Assembly (NCBI GenBank): GCA_040776945.1 | Contig: JAXGZN010000002.1 | Span: forward strand, 160,001-224,000 | Origin: Methanomassiliicoccaceae archaeon | GTDB taxonomy: Archaea; Thermoplasmatota; Thermoplasmata; Methanomassiliicoccales; Methanomassiliicoccaceae | Length of the DNA: 64,000 bases | Reading direction: 5' to 3' | In this document: piece by piece, positions 49,279 to 59,172 of the stretch | Position numbering within the stretch: the stretch's first letter is position 1 | Layout of the letters: the number at the start of each line of letters is the position of its first letter | Notes under the pieces: generated by a model | Told to the model about the DNA's origin: nothing | Seen by the model: only the letters and a program-made list of their open reading frames with translations | Database searches by the model: none | Program-made: the position numbers and the translations under genes

Positions 49279-49355
49279 TGGTGGGGCAGCCCAGATTTGA
49301 ACTGGAGTCTAATGGTCCCGAACCATCAAGGATGGCCAAGCTACCCCACTGCCCC
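49279..49355 (-). tRNA. tRNA-Pro(CGG), intronless, CCA encoded
   Basis: Minus strand reads GGGGCAGTGGGGTAGCTTGGCCATCCTTGATGGTTCGGGACCATTAGACTCCAGTTCAAATCTGGGCTGCCCCACCA; acceptor stem, anticodon loop TTCGGGA and T loop TTCAAAT all fit. Confidence 0.96.
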
Positions 49356-49401
49356 ATGGGTAGGATGGGCTAATATGGACGGGCATTAAATATCTTTTGC
49401 T

Positions 49402-49720
49402 GGCCTTGTTCAACTGAGCTCACCCACGTTGGTCCCCTCTCTTGACCGTTGTATGATATCGCCCGCGATCGAATCTCGCAGCATCACATAGCGCCCGAGC
49501 AAACTAGCATGTGACCTCGCATCGCTCTCTTGAGCACTGAATGCGCCGTTTCGACTAGCGGCCGGCGGCGATAGCGGGCGAGGTCGAATCCCCCCTCTGC
49601 TTCACCCGTCAGATCCCCCTCGGTCCGCTGCCATGCTTGTTCTGTTCCCTGGGCCGCATTTGCGCTTGAGCGTCCGGATCCCGCCGCTGAATTCCCGGCC
49701 GGGGTCTTCCATATGTGCAC
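49402..49720 (-). mobile_element. IS5-family transposase remnant (C-terminal fragment with candidate terminal repeat)
   Basis: YRRRPLVETAHSVLKR (YREK motif); after an in-frame TGA at 49484-49486 the frame continues CCEIRSRAISYN; end sequence GGCCTTGTTCAA. Confidence 0.7.
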
Positions 49721-49799
49721 TGAAGTTAAGCTTTGGAGCTGATAGATTAATCAACGAGGAGCAATCCATAATATATCCCTGTTCTATCCCCCCGGGTCC

Positions 49800-50339
49800 A
49801 TGAAGCGTTGGCATGTCATATCGGTCGTGGTGCTGTTGCTGGCGGTTTCCATCACCGGCTGGTTCATCCAAGGCATGCTCAACGGCCGCTCGCACTCCGG
49901 CAACCTGGGCGTGTCGGCCGGCCGAGGGATCGATATGTATTCCTTTCCTCTGAGCCCGGACCTCGGCGGCTACGTCCATTTTGAGGTGGCCTCCGTCGAT
50001 AGCAGGACCATGGACGTCTACCTCACCGATCAAGCGGGGTTCGAGGCGGCTAGGAGCGGCCTGCCGTTCGAGCGCGACCCCGATTTCTCGGAGCTGAACA
50101 CGACCCGGGTCGTTGGGGACATAAGGATAATGGAATCAAGCCGACTGGTGGTGATGAGCCACGATCCGGATGGCCAGATCAGGGTGGCCTCGTCGATCGA
50201 CCAGGCCCGCTATCCATTGGAGCTCGGGCCGGCGCTCTACGCCTCCAGCATCATCTGTTGGATTGCCATCCTCGCGCTCTTCGCTCTGCTGCTGCAGGCA
50301 TGGCTCAGCCACCGCAAGAAGCGCGCCAGACATCACTAG
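49800..50339 (+). CDS. hypothetical membrane protein (N- and C-terminal TM)
   Basis: 179-aa ORF, hydrophobic ends, TATA-like ATAATATAT upstream. Confidence 0.68.
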   Translation: MKRWHVISVVVLLLAVSITGWFIQGMLNGRSHSGNLGVSAGRGIDMYSFPLSPDLGGYVHFEVASVDSRTMDVYLTDQAGFEAARSGLPFERDPDFSELNTTRVVGDIRIMESSRLVVMSHDPDGQIRVASSIDQARYPLELGPALYASSIICWIAILALFALLLQAWLSHRKKRARHH

Positions 50340-50614
50340 GTCCGGGGGCCCGCGATAACGTCGTTGATCCACCGCACCAGGACGCGATAGGCTTCCGAGC
50401 CCGTGCCGGTCAGCGGCACGCCCCCTCGGCCGGCCCCATCGTCCCTCATCTCCGCCAGGCCCTTCCCCTGCATCCAATCCAGGTACCTGGTGAACACGTC
50501 GTGGTTCACGCGGGATGCGAGCTGGAGCCGGGTGCGCAGCATCGGACGCTCCTCCTTCCACAGGCGCTCGAGGATGCGCGCGACCACGTACAGGTCCGAG
50601 CGGTCAATGGTCAT
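50336..50614 (-). CDS. small winged-helix DNA-binding protein (archaeal HTH_45-like)
   Basis: LYVVARILE, RTRLQLASRVNHDVF.RYLDWM..KGL, LT..G.EAY. Confidence 0.75.
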   Translation of the reverse strand: MTIDRSDLYVVARILERLWKEERPMLRTRLQLASRVNHDVFTRYLDWMQGKGLAEMRDDGAGRGGVPLTGTGSEAYRVLVRWINDVIAGPRT

Positions 50615-50733
50615 CTCAGCTCCTCAAGCGCCTTCTCCGCCGCCAGCCTCTACCTCTCGGCGCGTTCTTGCCATCGAGCCAGGACCACGTCCCTCTCCCG
50701 GCGGTCAGCGGCGGTGCATCTCTCCCAGGACAC
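50611..50733 (-). CDS. putative 40-aa peptide with in-frame amber codon (Pyl candidate) or pseudogene
   Basis: GTG start after AAGGA; TAG at codon 28; final TGA overlaps the wHTH ATG (ATGA). Confidence 0.35.
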
Positions 50734-50802
50734 CGTCCTTTCAGATATTGTCGAACCTGCTCTACGACAAATATAAATACACATCCAGATGGTCCCGTTG
50801 CG

Positions 50803-51486
50803 ATGAGGGAGCAGCTGCGCGAGAAGATCGCCGGAGAGATCACTCTATCGATCGACGCCGGCAAGACGATACGCAAGTGGCGCGAGGAGTTCGGCATCTC
50901 CCAGCAAGAACTGGCCAAGCATCTTGAGATATCGCCTTCGGTCATAAGCGACTACGAGTCCGGCCGAAGGCGTTCTCCGGGGATAGCCATCATCCGCCGC
51001 ATGGTCGACGGGTTGATCGATCTTGATGAGGCCTCCGGCTCCAACGTGCTGAAGCGCTACGACCTGGGCGAGAAACATGACTGCATAATCAGCATCAACG
51101 AGTTCCGCACCAGCATATCGGCCCAGGAGCTGATGGACATGATCGACGCCCAGCCGCTGAACCAAGGCGTCGATCTCGGCAGGCATATACATGGCTACAC
51201 GGTCATCGATTCCATAAAGGCCATAACGTCTCTTTCCTCGTTCGATTACCTCAAGATCTACGGCTGGTCATCGGAGCGCATACTCATCTTCACCGGCGTG
51301 AAGTTCGGGCGCTCCCCCATGATCGCCATCCGCGCCCACCCTCTCAAGCCGAGCGTGGTAGGCTACCACCGCCCGGAGCACGTTGATCAGCTGGCCATCA
51401 AGCTGGCCTCGCTGGAGAACATTCCGCTCATTAAGATCGACATGCCGGTCGCGGCCATGGTCGAACGGTTGAAGAAGCTCACCTAG
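50803..51486 (+). CDS. XRE-HTH transcriptional regulator (COG1709-like)
   Basis: [46 protein letters not shown]. Confidence 0.88.
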   Translation: MREQLREKIAGEITLSIDAGKTIRKWREEFGISQQELAKHLEISPSVISDYESGRRRSPGIAIIRRMVDGLIDLDEASGSNVLKRYDLGEKHDCIISINEFRTSISAQELMDMIDAQPLNQGVDLGRHIHGYTVIDSIKAITSLSSFDYLKIYGWSSERILIFTGVKFGRSPMIAIRAHPLKPSVVGYHRPEHVDQLAIKLASLENIPLIKIDMPVAAMVERLKKLT

Positions 51487-51496
51487 GAGGAAGTTA

Positions 51497-52555
51497 ATGG
51501 AAGTAGGAATAGTCAGCTACGGGGCCTACCTGCCCCGGTACAGGATAGCGCCGCAGGAGATCGGCCGGGTATGGGGGACGGACGGGGACGCGATGAGCCG
51601 CAACCTGCTGATCTTTTCCAAGTCGGTGCCCTCGCCGGACGAGGACGTCATCACGATTTCCATCGAGGCGGCCAGGAACATGATGCGCCGCTGCGATGTC
51701 GATCCCTGCGACATCGGCGCCATATACGTAGGTTCGGAATCGCATCCCTACGCGGTGAAGCCGACCGGGACGGTCGTGGCCGAGGCCATCGGGGCCTCTC
51801 CGAACCTTACCGTAGCTGATTACGAGTTCGCGTGCAAGGCCGGGACCGCGGCCATCCAGACGTGCATGGGGCTGGTAGGCTCGGGGATGATCGAATACGG
51901 CGTGGCCATCGGGGCGGACACCTCCCAGGGCGCACCTGGGGACGCCCTCGAGTACTCGGCGTCGGCGGGAGGCGCCGCATACCTCATAGGCTCGAAGAAC
52001 ATCGTGGCCCGCATCGATCGGACGTGCTCCTTCACCACCGACACCCCGGACTTCTGGAGGCGAGAGGGACAGTGCTATCCGTCGCATGGAGGGCGGTTCA
52101 CCGGCGAACCGGCGTACTTCAAGCATATCATGGCCGCCTCGCAGAGCCTAATGGAGAAGATGTCCTCGAAGCCAGCCGACTATGCGCACGCGGTGTTCCA
52201 CCAGCCCAACGGCAAGTTCCCGGTGAGGGTCGCCAAGCAGCTGGGTTTCAGCGAGAAGCAGATAGAGGCCGGGCTTCTGACGCCGTTCATAGGGAACACC
52301 TACTCCGGCGCGGTGCCCCTCGGCCTCGCGTCGGTTCTGGACATAGCGAAGCCAGGCGACCGCATCTTCGCCGTCGCCTACGGCTCCGGCGCGGGATCGG
52401 ACGCCTTCGACATCACCGTGACGAACGAGATCCTCGAACTGAGGAGGGACGCCGCGCCGACCGTGAAGGACCTGGTCGAGCACAAGAAGTTCCTCGACTA
52501 CGCCACCTACGCGAAGTTCCGAGGCAAGATAAGGATGAAGGGGGGAGCGGAATGA
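51497..52555 (+). CDS. archaeal hydroxymethylglutaryl-CoA synthase
   Basis: [19 protein letters not shown] (catalytic Cys), [23 protein letters not shown]. Confidence 0.95.
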   Translation: MEVGIVSYGAYLPRYRIAPQEIGRVWGTDGDAMSRNLLIFSKSVPSPDEDVITISIEAARNMMRRCDVDPCDIGAIYVGSESHPYAVKPTGTVVAEAIGASPNLTVADYEFACKAGTAAIQTCMGLVGSGMIEYGVAIGADTSQGAPGDALEYSASAGGAAYLIGSKNIVARIDRTCSFTTDTPDFWRREGQCYPSHGGRFTGEPAYFKHIMAASQSLMEKMSSKPADYAHAVFHQPNGKFPVRVAKQLGFSEKQIEAGLLTPFIGNTYSGAVPLGLASVLDIAKPGDRIFAVAYGSGAGSDAFDITVTNEILELRRDAAPTVKDLVEHKKFLDYATYAKFRGKIRMKGGAE

Positions 52556-53721
52556 GAGAGGTAGCCATCATAGGCATCGGCGACACCAAGTTCGGCGAGC
52601 TGTGGGACATGTCCTTCCGTCAGCTGGGCATCCAGGCGGGCCTGGCGGCGGTCGCCGACGCGAACCTGACCAGCGAGGAGATCGACGCGCTGTACGTCGG
52701 GAACATGTCGGCCGGGAAGTACATCGAGCAGGAACATATCGGAGCGCTCATAGCCGACTACTCGGGAATGGCGAGGGACCACATACCGGCCACGAGGGTG
52801 GAGGCGGCAGGCGCCTCCGGGGGACTGGCGTTCCGCCAGGGCTACATCGCCGTGGCCTCCGGCATGCACGACATCGTGGTGGTCGGGGGAGCGGAGAAGA
52901 TGACCGACGTCGGCGATGTCCTGTCGGGAGAGATCCAGGCCACCGCGGCGGACCAGCAGTGGGAGACGACCTTCGGCGCCACCTTCCCGGCGCTGCACGC
53001 CATGATCGCCCGGCGGCACATGTTCAAGTACGGAACGACCAGGGAGCAGCTGGCCTCCGTGGCGGTGAAGAACCACAAGCACGGCTCCTTGAACCCCAAG
53101 GCCCAGTTCCAGAAGGAGATCAAGTTGGACGCGGTGATCAAGGCCGCCCCGGTGGCCGAGCCGCTGGGGATGTTCGACTGCGCTCCGGTGTCCGACGGCG
53201 CCGCCGCCGTGGTCCTTTGCCCGCTGGAGAGGGCAAGGAAGTACACCGATACGCCGGTTAAGGTCCTGGGCTCAGGGCAGGCATCGGACACGCTCGCTCT
53301 CGCACATCGCAAGAGCATAACCCAGTTCGACGCCACCTCCATCGCGGCGCGGCAGGCCTTCAAGCAGGCCGGGATCGCCGCATCGGACGTCCAGATCGCC
53401 GAGGTGCACGACAACTTCACCATCTCCGAGATCCTGGCCATCGAGGACCTGGGCTTCTTCCCCAAAGGGACCGGTGGAAAGGCAACGCAGGACGGGCTGA
53501 CCTCGCTGGGAGCGAAGCTGGCGGTCAACACCTCCGGCGGGCTCAAGGCCCGCGGCGATCCCATGGGGGCGACCGGCATCGCCCAGGTAGTGGAGCTGGT
53601 GACGCAGCTCAGGGGAGAGGCGGGTAAGCGACAGGTCTCCGGGGCGGAGAGGGCGCTCGCTCAGAACGTCGGAGGGACCGGGGCGACGGTCGTCGTCAAC
53701 ATATTGGGGAGGGTGAACTGA
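52552..53721 (+). CDS. thiolase-fold protein (archaeal acetoacetyl-CoA thiolase homologue) with substituted catalytic residues
   Basis: Thiolase fold ([43 protein letters not shown]) but EAAGASG, HDNF and GDP at the catalytic positions. Confidence 0.9.
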   Translation: MREVAIIGIGDTKFGELWDMSFRQLGIQAGLAAVADANLTSEEIDALYVGNMSAGKYIEQEHIGALIADYSGMARDHIPATRVEAAGASGGLAFRQGYIAVASGMHDIVVVGGAEKMTDVGDVLSGEIQATAADQQWETTFGATFPALHAMIARRHMFKYGTTREQLASVAVKNHKHGSLNPKAQFQKEIKLDAVIKAAPVAEPLGMFDCAPVSDGAAAVVLCPLERARKYTDTPVKVLGSGQASDTLALAHRKSITQFDATSIAARQAFKQAGIAASDVQIAEVHDNFTISEILAIEDLGFFPKGTGGKATQDGLTSLGAKLAVNTSGGLKARGDPMGATGIAQVVELVTQLRGEAGKRQVSGAERALAQNVGGTGATVVVNILGRVN

Positions 53722-54149
53722 TGGCCGTGGCGAGGTTCTGGAGGGAGAACGAGCCAAGATACAATCTCACGGGGGCCAAGTGCGGCAACTGCGGTCGCCT
53801 CTATTTCCCGCCGAGGACGGTGTGCCCGGTCTGCCACCGCAAGAGCATTGGGAAGATGGGGCCGTTCAAGCTCCAGGGGACCGGAGAGGTGATAACCTTC
53901 TCGGTGGTCCATGATGCCCCGTCGCAGTTCGAGCTGCAGAAGCCATATGTCATCGCCATCATCCAGATGGATGAGGGCATCCGAGTGACCGGCCAGGTGA
54001 TCGATTGCGATCCGGCGGAGGTCAACATAGGCATGAAGGTGCAGGCGGTGATCAGGAGGCTCGGCGAAGAGGGGGCGTCAGGGATCATTTACTATGGGTA
54101 CAAGTTCATGCCTTTGACGCCTCCCGCGGCTCCCCGGCCTCCGGAGTGA
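53721..54149 (+). CDS. DUF35 Zn-ribbon/OB-fold scaffold protein
   Basis: RFWRE..RYNL.G.KC..CG..YFPPR..CP.C, G.I.YGYKF. Confidence 0.93.
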   Translation: MAVARFWRENEPRYNLTGAKCGNCGRLYFPPRTVCPVCHRKSIGKMGPFKLQGTGEVITFSVVHDAPSQFELQKPYVIAIIQMDEGIRVTGQVIDCDPAEVNIGMKVQAVIRRLGEEGASGIIYYGYKFMPLTPPAAPRPPE

Positions 54150-54234
54150 AACCCTTTTCCTTCTATATTATCTGTATATCATAGGGGCATAGGCGCTTGG
54201 ACGAGATGGACCACCTTCTCGTCCCCAAGATCCC

Positions 54235-57200
54235 TCAGGACGTGCCGTCCTTCGCCAGCTCTTTGACCATAGGGCGGGGCACGAACATCGCACGGAAGAC
54301 GACCGTCACTTTGTCCTCCGTGCCTGGTGACGGCAGCTGGGCCGTCCTCGATGGCCACAGGACAGGAGATATGCTCGCCCCCCTGCCGCTCAGCCCGCCC
54401 ACCATGACCGAGATCGCCGGCGCCGCCCCTTCGTTCACCAACGTGCCGCTTCGCAGCCGCAGGCTCGGCAGGCAGGATGAGTTCGAATTCTCCGCTTCAT
54501 CGACAGCCTGGCGAAGGTGCCGGACCGCCTGCGTCACACTGCCGGATGCCATAGCCTTTCTGTACTCCTCGATGCCCGCGTTTCCCATGCCCAGGGTCCG
54601 CGAGAGCGCCGCCTGCTCATGGTAACGGCGGGTGAGGTCTCGAAGGTCGAGAACCTCGGCCACGGTGGCCCCTACAGCCGCCTCGGCCTCCGCTAGTTGG
54701 TCCACGGCGGCCTCCAGCTTGTTCTCGGCCAGGGACCTCTGGGCCGTTCCCAGGATCGAGCGCGCCGCGCTGGTCTCGCCCCTGCCGCGCTCGACCCTGG
54801 ACCTTACCTGGGCCGCGCGATCTTCCAAGGCCTCTCTGACCCTAGAGCGGACCTGGGCAGTAATGTCGCGCAGGTTCCTTTCCTCCAGCAGCTCGGACAT
54901 CGGTCTGTCAAGGAGGCCTCTGGCATCGGCCGGGAGGTCATCGAGCGCGGGTCCCGCTCTGGACAGCAGCACGGCCGCGTTGACCAGATCGGCCACCGCT
55001 CGTCCGCTCGCTATCGAACTCTCGATGGCATGCAGCCTCCTAGCCCTCAGAAGGAGAGCGTCCATGCTCTCATACCTGCCGTTCGACAGGGCCTTACCGG
55101 CAGAGGCCAGCAGATCGGCCACCTCCGGCACCATGGCCTTGCGCCCCTCGCCCTCCAAGAGCGATGACCGAACCTCTTCCAGACGGGCCGCGGCCATCTC
55201 GTGGCGCTTCAGGCCGGAGTTGCCGGCGGAGCGGCATTCCTCGCTCAGGGCCAGCGCCTCTCGGAACGATCCGGACCCGAAGGCCTTCTGGGCCCGGGTC
55301 ATCAGCTCCTCAACATCCGCACGGTAGGGCGATGCGGGAAGGCGGACCATGCCCTCGGTCAGCTTGGACAGCGAGGAGACGCAGGCGTTCCTGATATCGC
55401 TCAGCTCTTCGAGGTTCTCGCGGTAAAGGTCAAGCCCCTTCTTGGCACTGCTGTAGCGATGGGCCTTAAGGTCATCCAGCAACGCGTCACGAGCGGCCTT
55501 GGGGCCGCCGGAGAGGTCCTTGCCCTTGAGGTCTTGGGCGCCCAGCTCCCGCTCGATGCGCGAAAGCTCGGATCGGATGCTCTCCCCGGCCTTGGCCCGA
55601 GCCCCGTGAAGCGCGTTCCTGGCGATCTCCGCCACGAGGTTGCAGCGGCCTCCCACGCGATGCTTCCTCGCCTGCTCCAATATCTCCCTGGCCTCCCCGA
55701 CGTCGACGCCGATGGCCTCGATGGCCGCTATGCCGGCCGCCGCGGCGCCCAGCTCCCTGCTCGCTGAGTTACGGGCCGCGATATACTGGCTCGCTTCTCT
55801 CCGGGCGAACCTGGCGGCCTGGAGCGCGTCGGAGTGCCGCTGGTCCGCGAGCATGTTCTCCGCCTTCTCCACGATGTCCATCACCATGCCTTCCGCGCCT
55901 CCCCCGCCGTTCCCATGCAGCATGCCTCGCACCTGCGCTATCTCGGAACGAATGCGCTCATTGGCCAGGTCCACTAGCTTTCGGCGCTCTTCCTTTGCCG
56001 CGGACAGCGCCGATGCCGCCTCGCCCTTCCGCAGACTTGCCGCAGCCGCCTCCAGCACCGCCTCGTTAGGTGCACTGTCGACCCCCAGCTGCCTCATCAC
56101 CGGAAGCATGCCTCTCGCTTCCTCCAGCGCGCGGGGTGCGAGCAGAGCCGCCCCGACCGCTTCCACCTCCCGATAGCAGGCGCGGGCGGAGGTCCTGGCC
56201 CCATCATAGAGGCCGGCCTCGAACAGCCTCTTGGTCTCCTTCAGCTGCTGGGCAACCTTGCCGTCGGCTGGCAGGCGAAGTTCCCCGGACAAGCGCGATA
56301 GCAGCACGATGAGGTCGTACACCTCGCTGTGCAGGGCAGCGGTCTTCTCCAGTTCCCTCTTTGCCCCGCTGTAAGCGATGTATCCTCTCTCCAGATCATC
56401 GTCCATCAGGGCGCGGGACGACTCCTCGGTCAGCCTGTCGACATGGGAGGTGGAAACACCTTTCTTGCGGGCCGCCGCGGAAGCACGGACCACATGGGCC
56501 AAGGATCGGGACATCTCATCACGGGCCAGGGACTTGGCGAACATGATGACCTCATCCACCCGGCGGAACGCCTCGTCCACGGTGGAGCGGTCCTGGTCTA
56601 TCTCCGCCATCTTCTCGTTCAACGTCTGCGACTCGATGCCGACCTCTCGGCATATGTTCAGCAGCGTCCGGGCCTGCGCCTTTCGGGCCTCCAGGCACGC
56701 CTCTCTTGCCCTCTCCACCTCGTCCATCACTCCCTCGGCCAGAGAGTGTGCGCCGTACCAGTCCTTCTTCTCCAGTAGCTCTTGGGCGCGCCGCCTCATG
56801 TCCAGCGCCTTGGCCAGATCGGTCCCCGGGGGAACGGAGTCCAAGGCCTTGGCGGCCTTCCGGAACTCGGCCCAGGTGCCAGCGATCAGCGCCGCCTCAA
56901 GCTCCAGGTTCAGCGTGGCCAGCCTCGATGATATGCTATCCAGCACGCCCTCCTTGAGGTCCTCTACAAGGTCGTCCAGCTCCTCGGCCTTCTCCTCCAC
57001 CTCTGCCCCGATGGATATTCCCGCGGAGACCATAAGCTGGCCGTTGAACACCTGTCTGGCGCACCGCTCCTGGACGATGCGGACCATCAGCCTCCTCGCC
57101 TTGGCCAAGGTATCGAAGCTATCCCCGAGCCTGCCGGCCAGGGCATCCTCACGGGCCTTGGCGACCAGGCGGCTGGCCTCGGAGGAGACCACGCGCATGC

Positions 57201-58452
57201 GTCTTGCCTGGAGGAAGGCCTTTCGGGTCTCATTGAGCTCCCTCTCCACCCGGCGGAAGGGAGCGAGGGCGTCGTCCAGCTCGGCCGATGCGTCATCGAC
57301 CATCTCGACGGCCTCTCTCGCCCGGCCGTAGACCGTTGCCGTTCGGGCCTCCTCTAGCCTGGACACCACCCGCTCCAGATCGAGGGAGGCACGCTTCGCT
57401 AGCACCATGCGGGGCCGGAGACCCTCTATTCGCTCGAGGACCACCTCCATCTCGCTCTCCCGCAGTGATTTCTCAGTTCGCCTGAGAAGCTCCAGCGCCT
57501 CCTCGCTGTCCCCGCCGGCGTTCGCCTCGGAGACCTTCTTGATGGCCGGGGCGAACCTCGCCACGTTCACTCCGTTCTTTTGGAGCCATGCGTTCCTCTC
57601 CTCCTGGGCCGCCACCAGGGCATTGACCGCCTCAGCGAGGATCGGACGAAGGGCCTCCTGCGCCTGGACCAGTGTGCGAAGGGCCTCCTCGATCTTGCCG
57701 CGCCCCATCTGGTCCCTGCTGGCGTCCACCAGGACGGTGACGGCGGACATGTCCGCTCCCGGGGCCCCGCTCTCCACCAGCTCCATTATGGATCCCGCCC
57801 GGGCCTCGACTATCTTGGAGAACGCCTCCTGCAGGCTCTTGAAGCAGCTTACCGCCTTGGACAGGGAGCCTTCGCGGTCGCCCTCCTCGTGAAGCTTGAT
57901 GGCCCTGTTCAGAGCCTGTCTGCGAGCCGCCACCGCGATCTTCTCTTTCTCTCCCAGCGCGATAAGGTTGCCGAGCTGCACGAACATCTCGGACATCCGG
58001 CGGTCCGCGTACTGCTCCGCGGCCTTCTTGGACTCGACGGCCGCGCTCATGGCCTCCTCCATGCGGCCTTCTCCGAGCTTCTGCCGGGAGCGTTCCACAA
58101 GCACCTCTATGGCCTGGTGGTCCTCGCCCTGGTCATCGATCATCGCGGCCACTCCATGGGCGGAGGACAGAACCTCCTCCACCTTTCCGGCCAACAGCTT
58201 GCTGGCCGTGCCGATGACCTTCTCGGCGGAGCTCTTTGCCGCGACGAAGTCACGCCTGCCGAAGGCCGCCCTTCCCGAAGAGAGCTCCTTTTCCAAGGCC
58301 TCGGTTTCGGCCCCCATTCTGCGGGACAGCTCGACCGCCTGCGCCGCCTCGACTAGCTTGTCCTCTGCCAGCTTGCGGTTCCTGGCGGCCTCTTTGGCCT
58401 TCTGTTCTAGCTGCTTGGTGAGCTGAAGCTGTTTTAGGTATTCGCTGCTCAA
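54235..58452 (-). CDS. 1405-aa Ala/Glu/Arg-rich alpha-helical repeat protein
   Basis: Long ORF with recurring helical units, no TM segment, short beta-rich C-terminus; TTG start. Confidence 0.8.
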   Translation of the reverse strand: MSSEYLKQLQLTKQLEQKAKEAARNRKLAEDKLVEAAQAVELSRRMGAETEALEKELSSGRAAFGRRDFVAAKSSAEKVIGTASKLLAGKVEEVLSSAHGVAAMIDDQGEDHQAIEVLVERSRQKLGEGRMEEAMSAAVESKKAAEQYADRRMSEMFVQLGNLIALGEKEKIAVAARRQALNRAIKLHEEGDREGSLSKAVSCFKSLQEAFSKIVEARAGSIMELVESGAPGADMSAVTVLVDASRDQMGRGKIEEALRTLVQAQEALRPILAEAVNALVAAQEERNAWLQKNGVNVARFAPAIKKVSEANAGGDSEEALELLRRTEKSLRESEMEVVLERIEGLRPRMVLAKRASLDLERVVSRLEEARTATVYGRAREAVEMVDDASAELDDALAPFRRVERELNETRKAFLQARRMRVVSSEASRLVAKAREDALAGRLGDSFDTLAKARRLMVRIVQERCARQVFNGQLMVSAGISIGAEVEEKAEELDDLVEDLKEGVLDSISSRLATLNLELEAALIAGTWAEFRKAAKALDSVPPGTDLAKALDMRRRAQELLEKKDWYGAHSLAEGVMDEVERAREACLEARKAQARTLLNICREVGIESQTLNEKMAEIDQDRSTVDEAFRRVDEVIMFAKSLARDEMSRSLAHVVRASAAARKKGVSTSHVDRLTEESSRALMDDDLERGYIAYSGAKRELEKTAALHSEVYDLIVLLSRLSGELRLPADGKVAQQLKETKRLFEAGLYDGARTSARACYREVEAVGAALLAPRALEEARGMLPVMRQLGVDSAPNEAVLEAAAASLRKGEAASALSAAKEERRKLVDLANERIRSEIAQVRGMLHGNGGGGAEGMVMDIVEKAENMLADQRHSDALQAARFARREASQYIAARNSASRELGAAAAGIAAIEAIGVDVGEAREILEQARKHRVGGRCNLVAEIARNALHGARAKAGESIRSELSRIERELGAQDLKGKDLSGGPKAARDALLDDLKAHRYSSAKKGLDLYRENLEELSDIRNACVSSLSKLTEGMVRLPASPYRADVEELMTRAQKAFGSGSFREALALSEECRSAGNSGLKRHEMAAARLEEVRSSLLEGEGRKAMVPEVADLLASAGKALSNGRYESMDALLLRARRLHAIESSIASGRAVADLVNAAVLLSRAGPALDDLPADARGLLDRPMSELLEERNLRDITAQVRSRVREALEDRAAQVRSRVERGRGETSAARSILGTAQRSLAENKLEAAVDQLAEAEAAVGATVAEVLDLRDLTRRYHEQAALSRTLGMGNAGIEEYRKAMASGSVTQAVRHLRQAVDEAENSNSSCLPSLRLRSGTLVNEGAAPAISVMVGGLSGRGASISPVLWPSRTAQLPSPGTEDKVTVVFRAMFVPRPMVKELAKDGTS

Positions 58453-58540
58453 TCCTGGTCCCCGCTGGTCGACGGCGTGCGCCGTCTGTTGCCATTTGCC
58501 CGTCGATTCTTAAGCGTTTGGTCCTGAGAATCGGTCTGGA

Positions 58541-59029
58541 TTATTTAGAGAGGTCCACAAAGGCCACCCGCTCCAGGACAAGCTCCTGATACTTGTCATG
58601 GGTCACCGCACGAAGCTCCTGCTCGGTGATGCCGAACCGTCTGGCCTTCTCCAACGAAGGCTCCAGGACAGCATCGTCCCTCCTCAGCTCGAGAGCGCAC
58701 AGAACGGCCCCCACGTCCTCCACATCGAACAGCACCAGCGCCACCCGCTCCGCCCCCGGGCGGAGGCCTACCTTTTTCATCGCCTTTGTTATCTGGCGTT
58801 CCCCTGAGGCGTAGAGCAAGGTCTCCATGGCGAGCGTGGAGGAAGCATTGTCTCCCCGTCCGAAGGCCCGAAGGGCGTGCATGGCCGCCGAGCGCAGATG
58901 GTCAGCTCCGCATACCATGTCCGCGTCCAGCACCGCACCCTCCCCTCCATCCAAGGAGCGCAGCGCATCGATCAGGCTCTCCGGCTTGGCCACCGGTCCC
59001 CTGGCCCCCACGATCTCCACCTTGACCAT
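58541..59029 (-). CDS. cgi121: KEOPS complex subunit Cgi121
   Basis: DADMVCG.DHL.SA..HA.RAF, METLLYASGERQI.KA, LVLERVA. Confidence 0.88.
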   Translation of the reverse strand: MVKVEIVGARGPVAKPESLIDALRSLDGGEGAVLDADMVCGADHLRSAAMHALRAFGRGDNASSTLAMETLLYASGERQITKAMKKVGLRPGAERVALVLFDVEDVGAVLCALELRRDDAVLEPSLEKARRFGITEQELRAVTHDKYQELVLERVAFVDLSK

Positions 59030-59172
59030 CCTCGCGTGGATTCCTGCCCGGAGATATGATGTTTGCGTTCTCCGCTCTGGACGACCGGGGCTCGCAGGCA
59101 GGTCAGAAATGTTCTAATATAGTGGCCCCGATGGCACGAAGGCGGCGTCCAGCGGGCGCCGCGACGGATGGA

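Noticed and set aside
32942-49355. Integrated element at tRNA-Pro
   Set aside because: No integrase and no duplicate of the tRNA 3' end found by eye in the window
4887-51486. TAG stops of hisB, carB, YkgJ, DUF1638, the 48406 gene and the XRE regulator as pyrrolysine read-through sites
   Set aside because: The proteins appear complete at the TAG, and read-through would run out of frame into neighbours or add unremarkable tails
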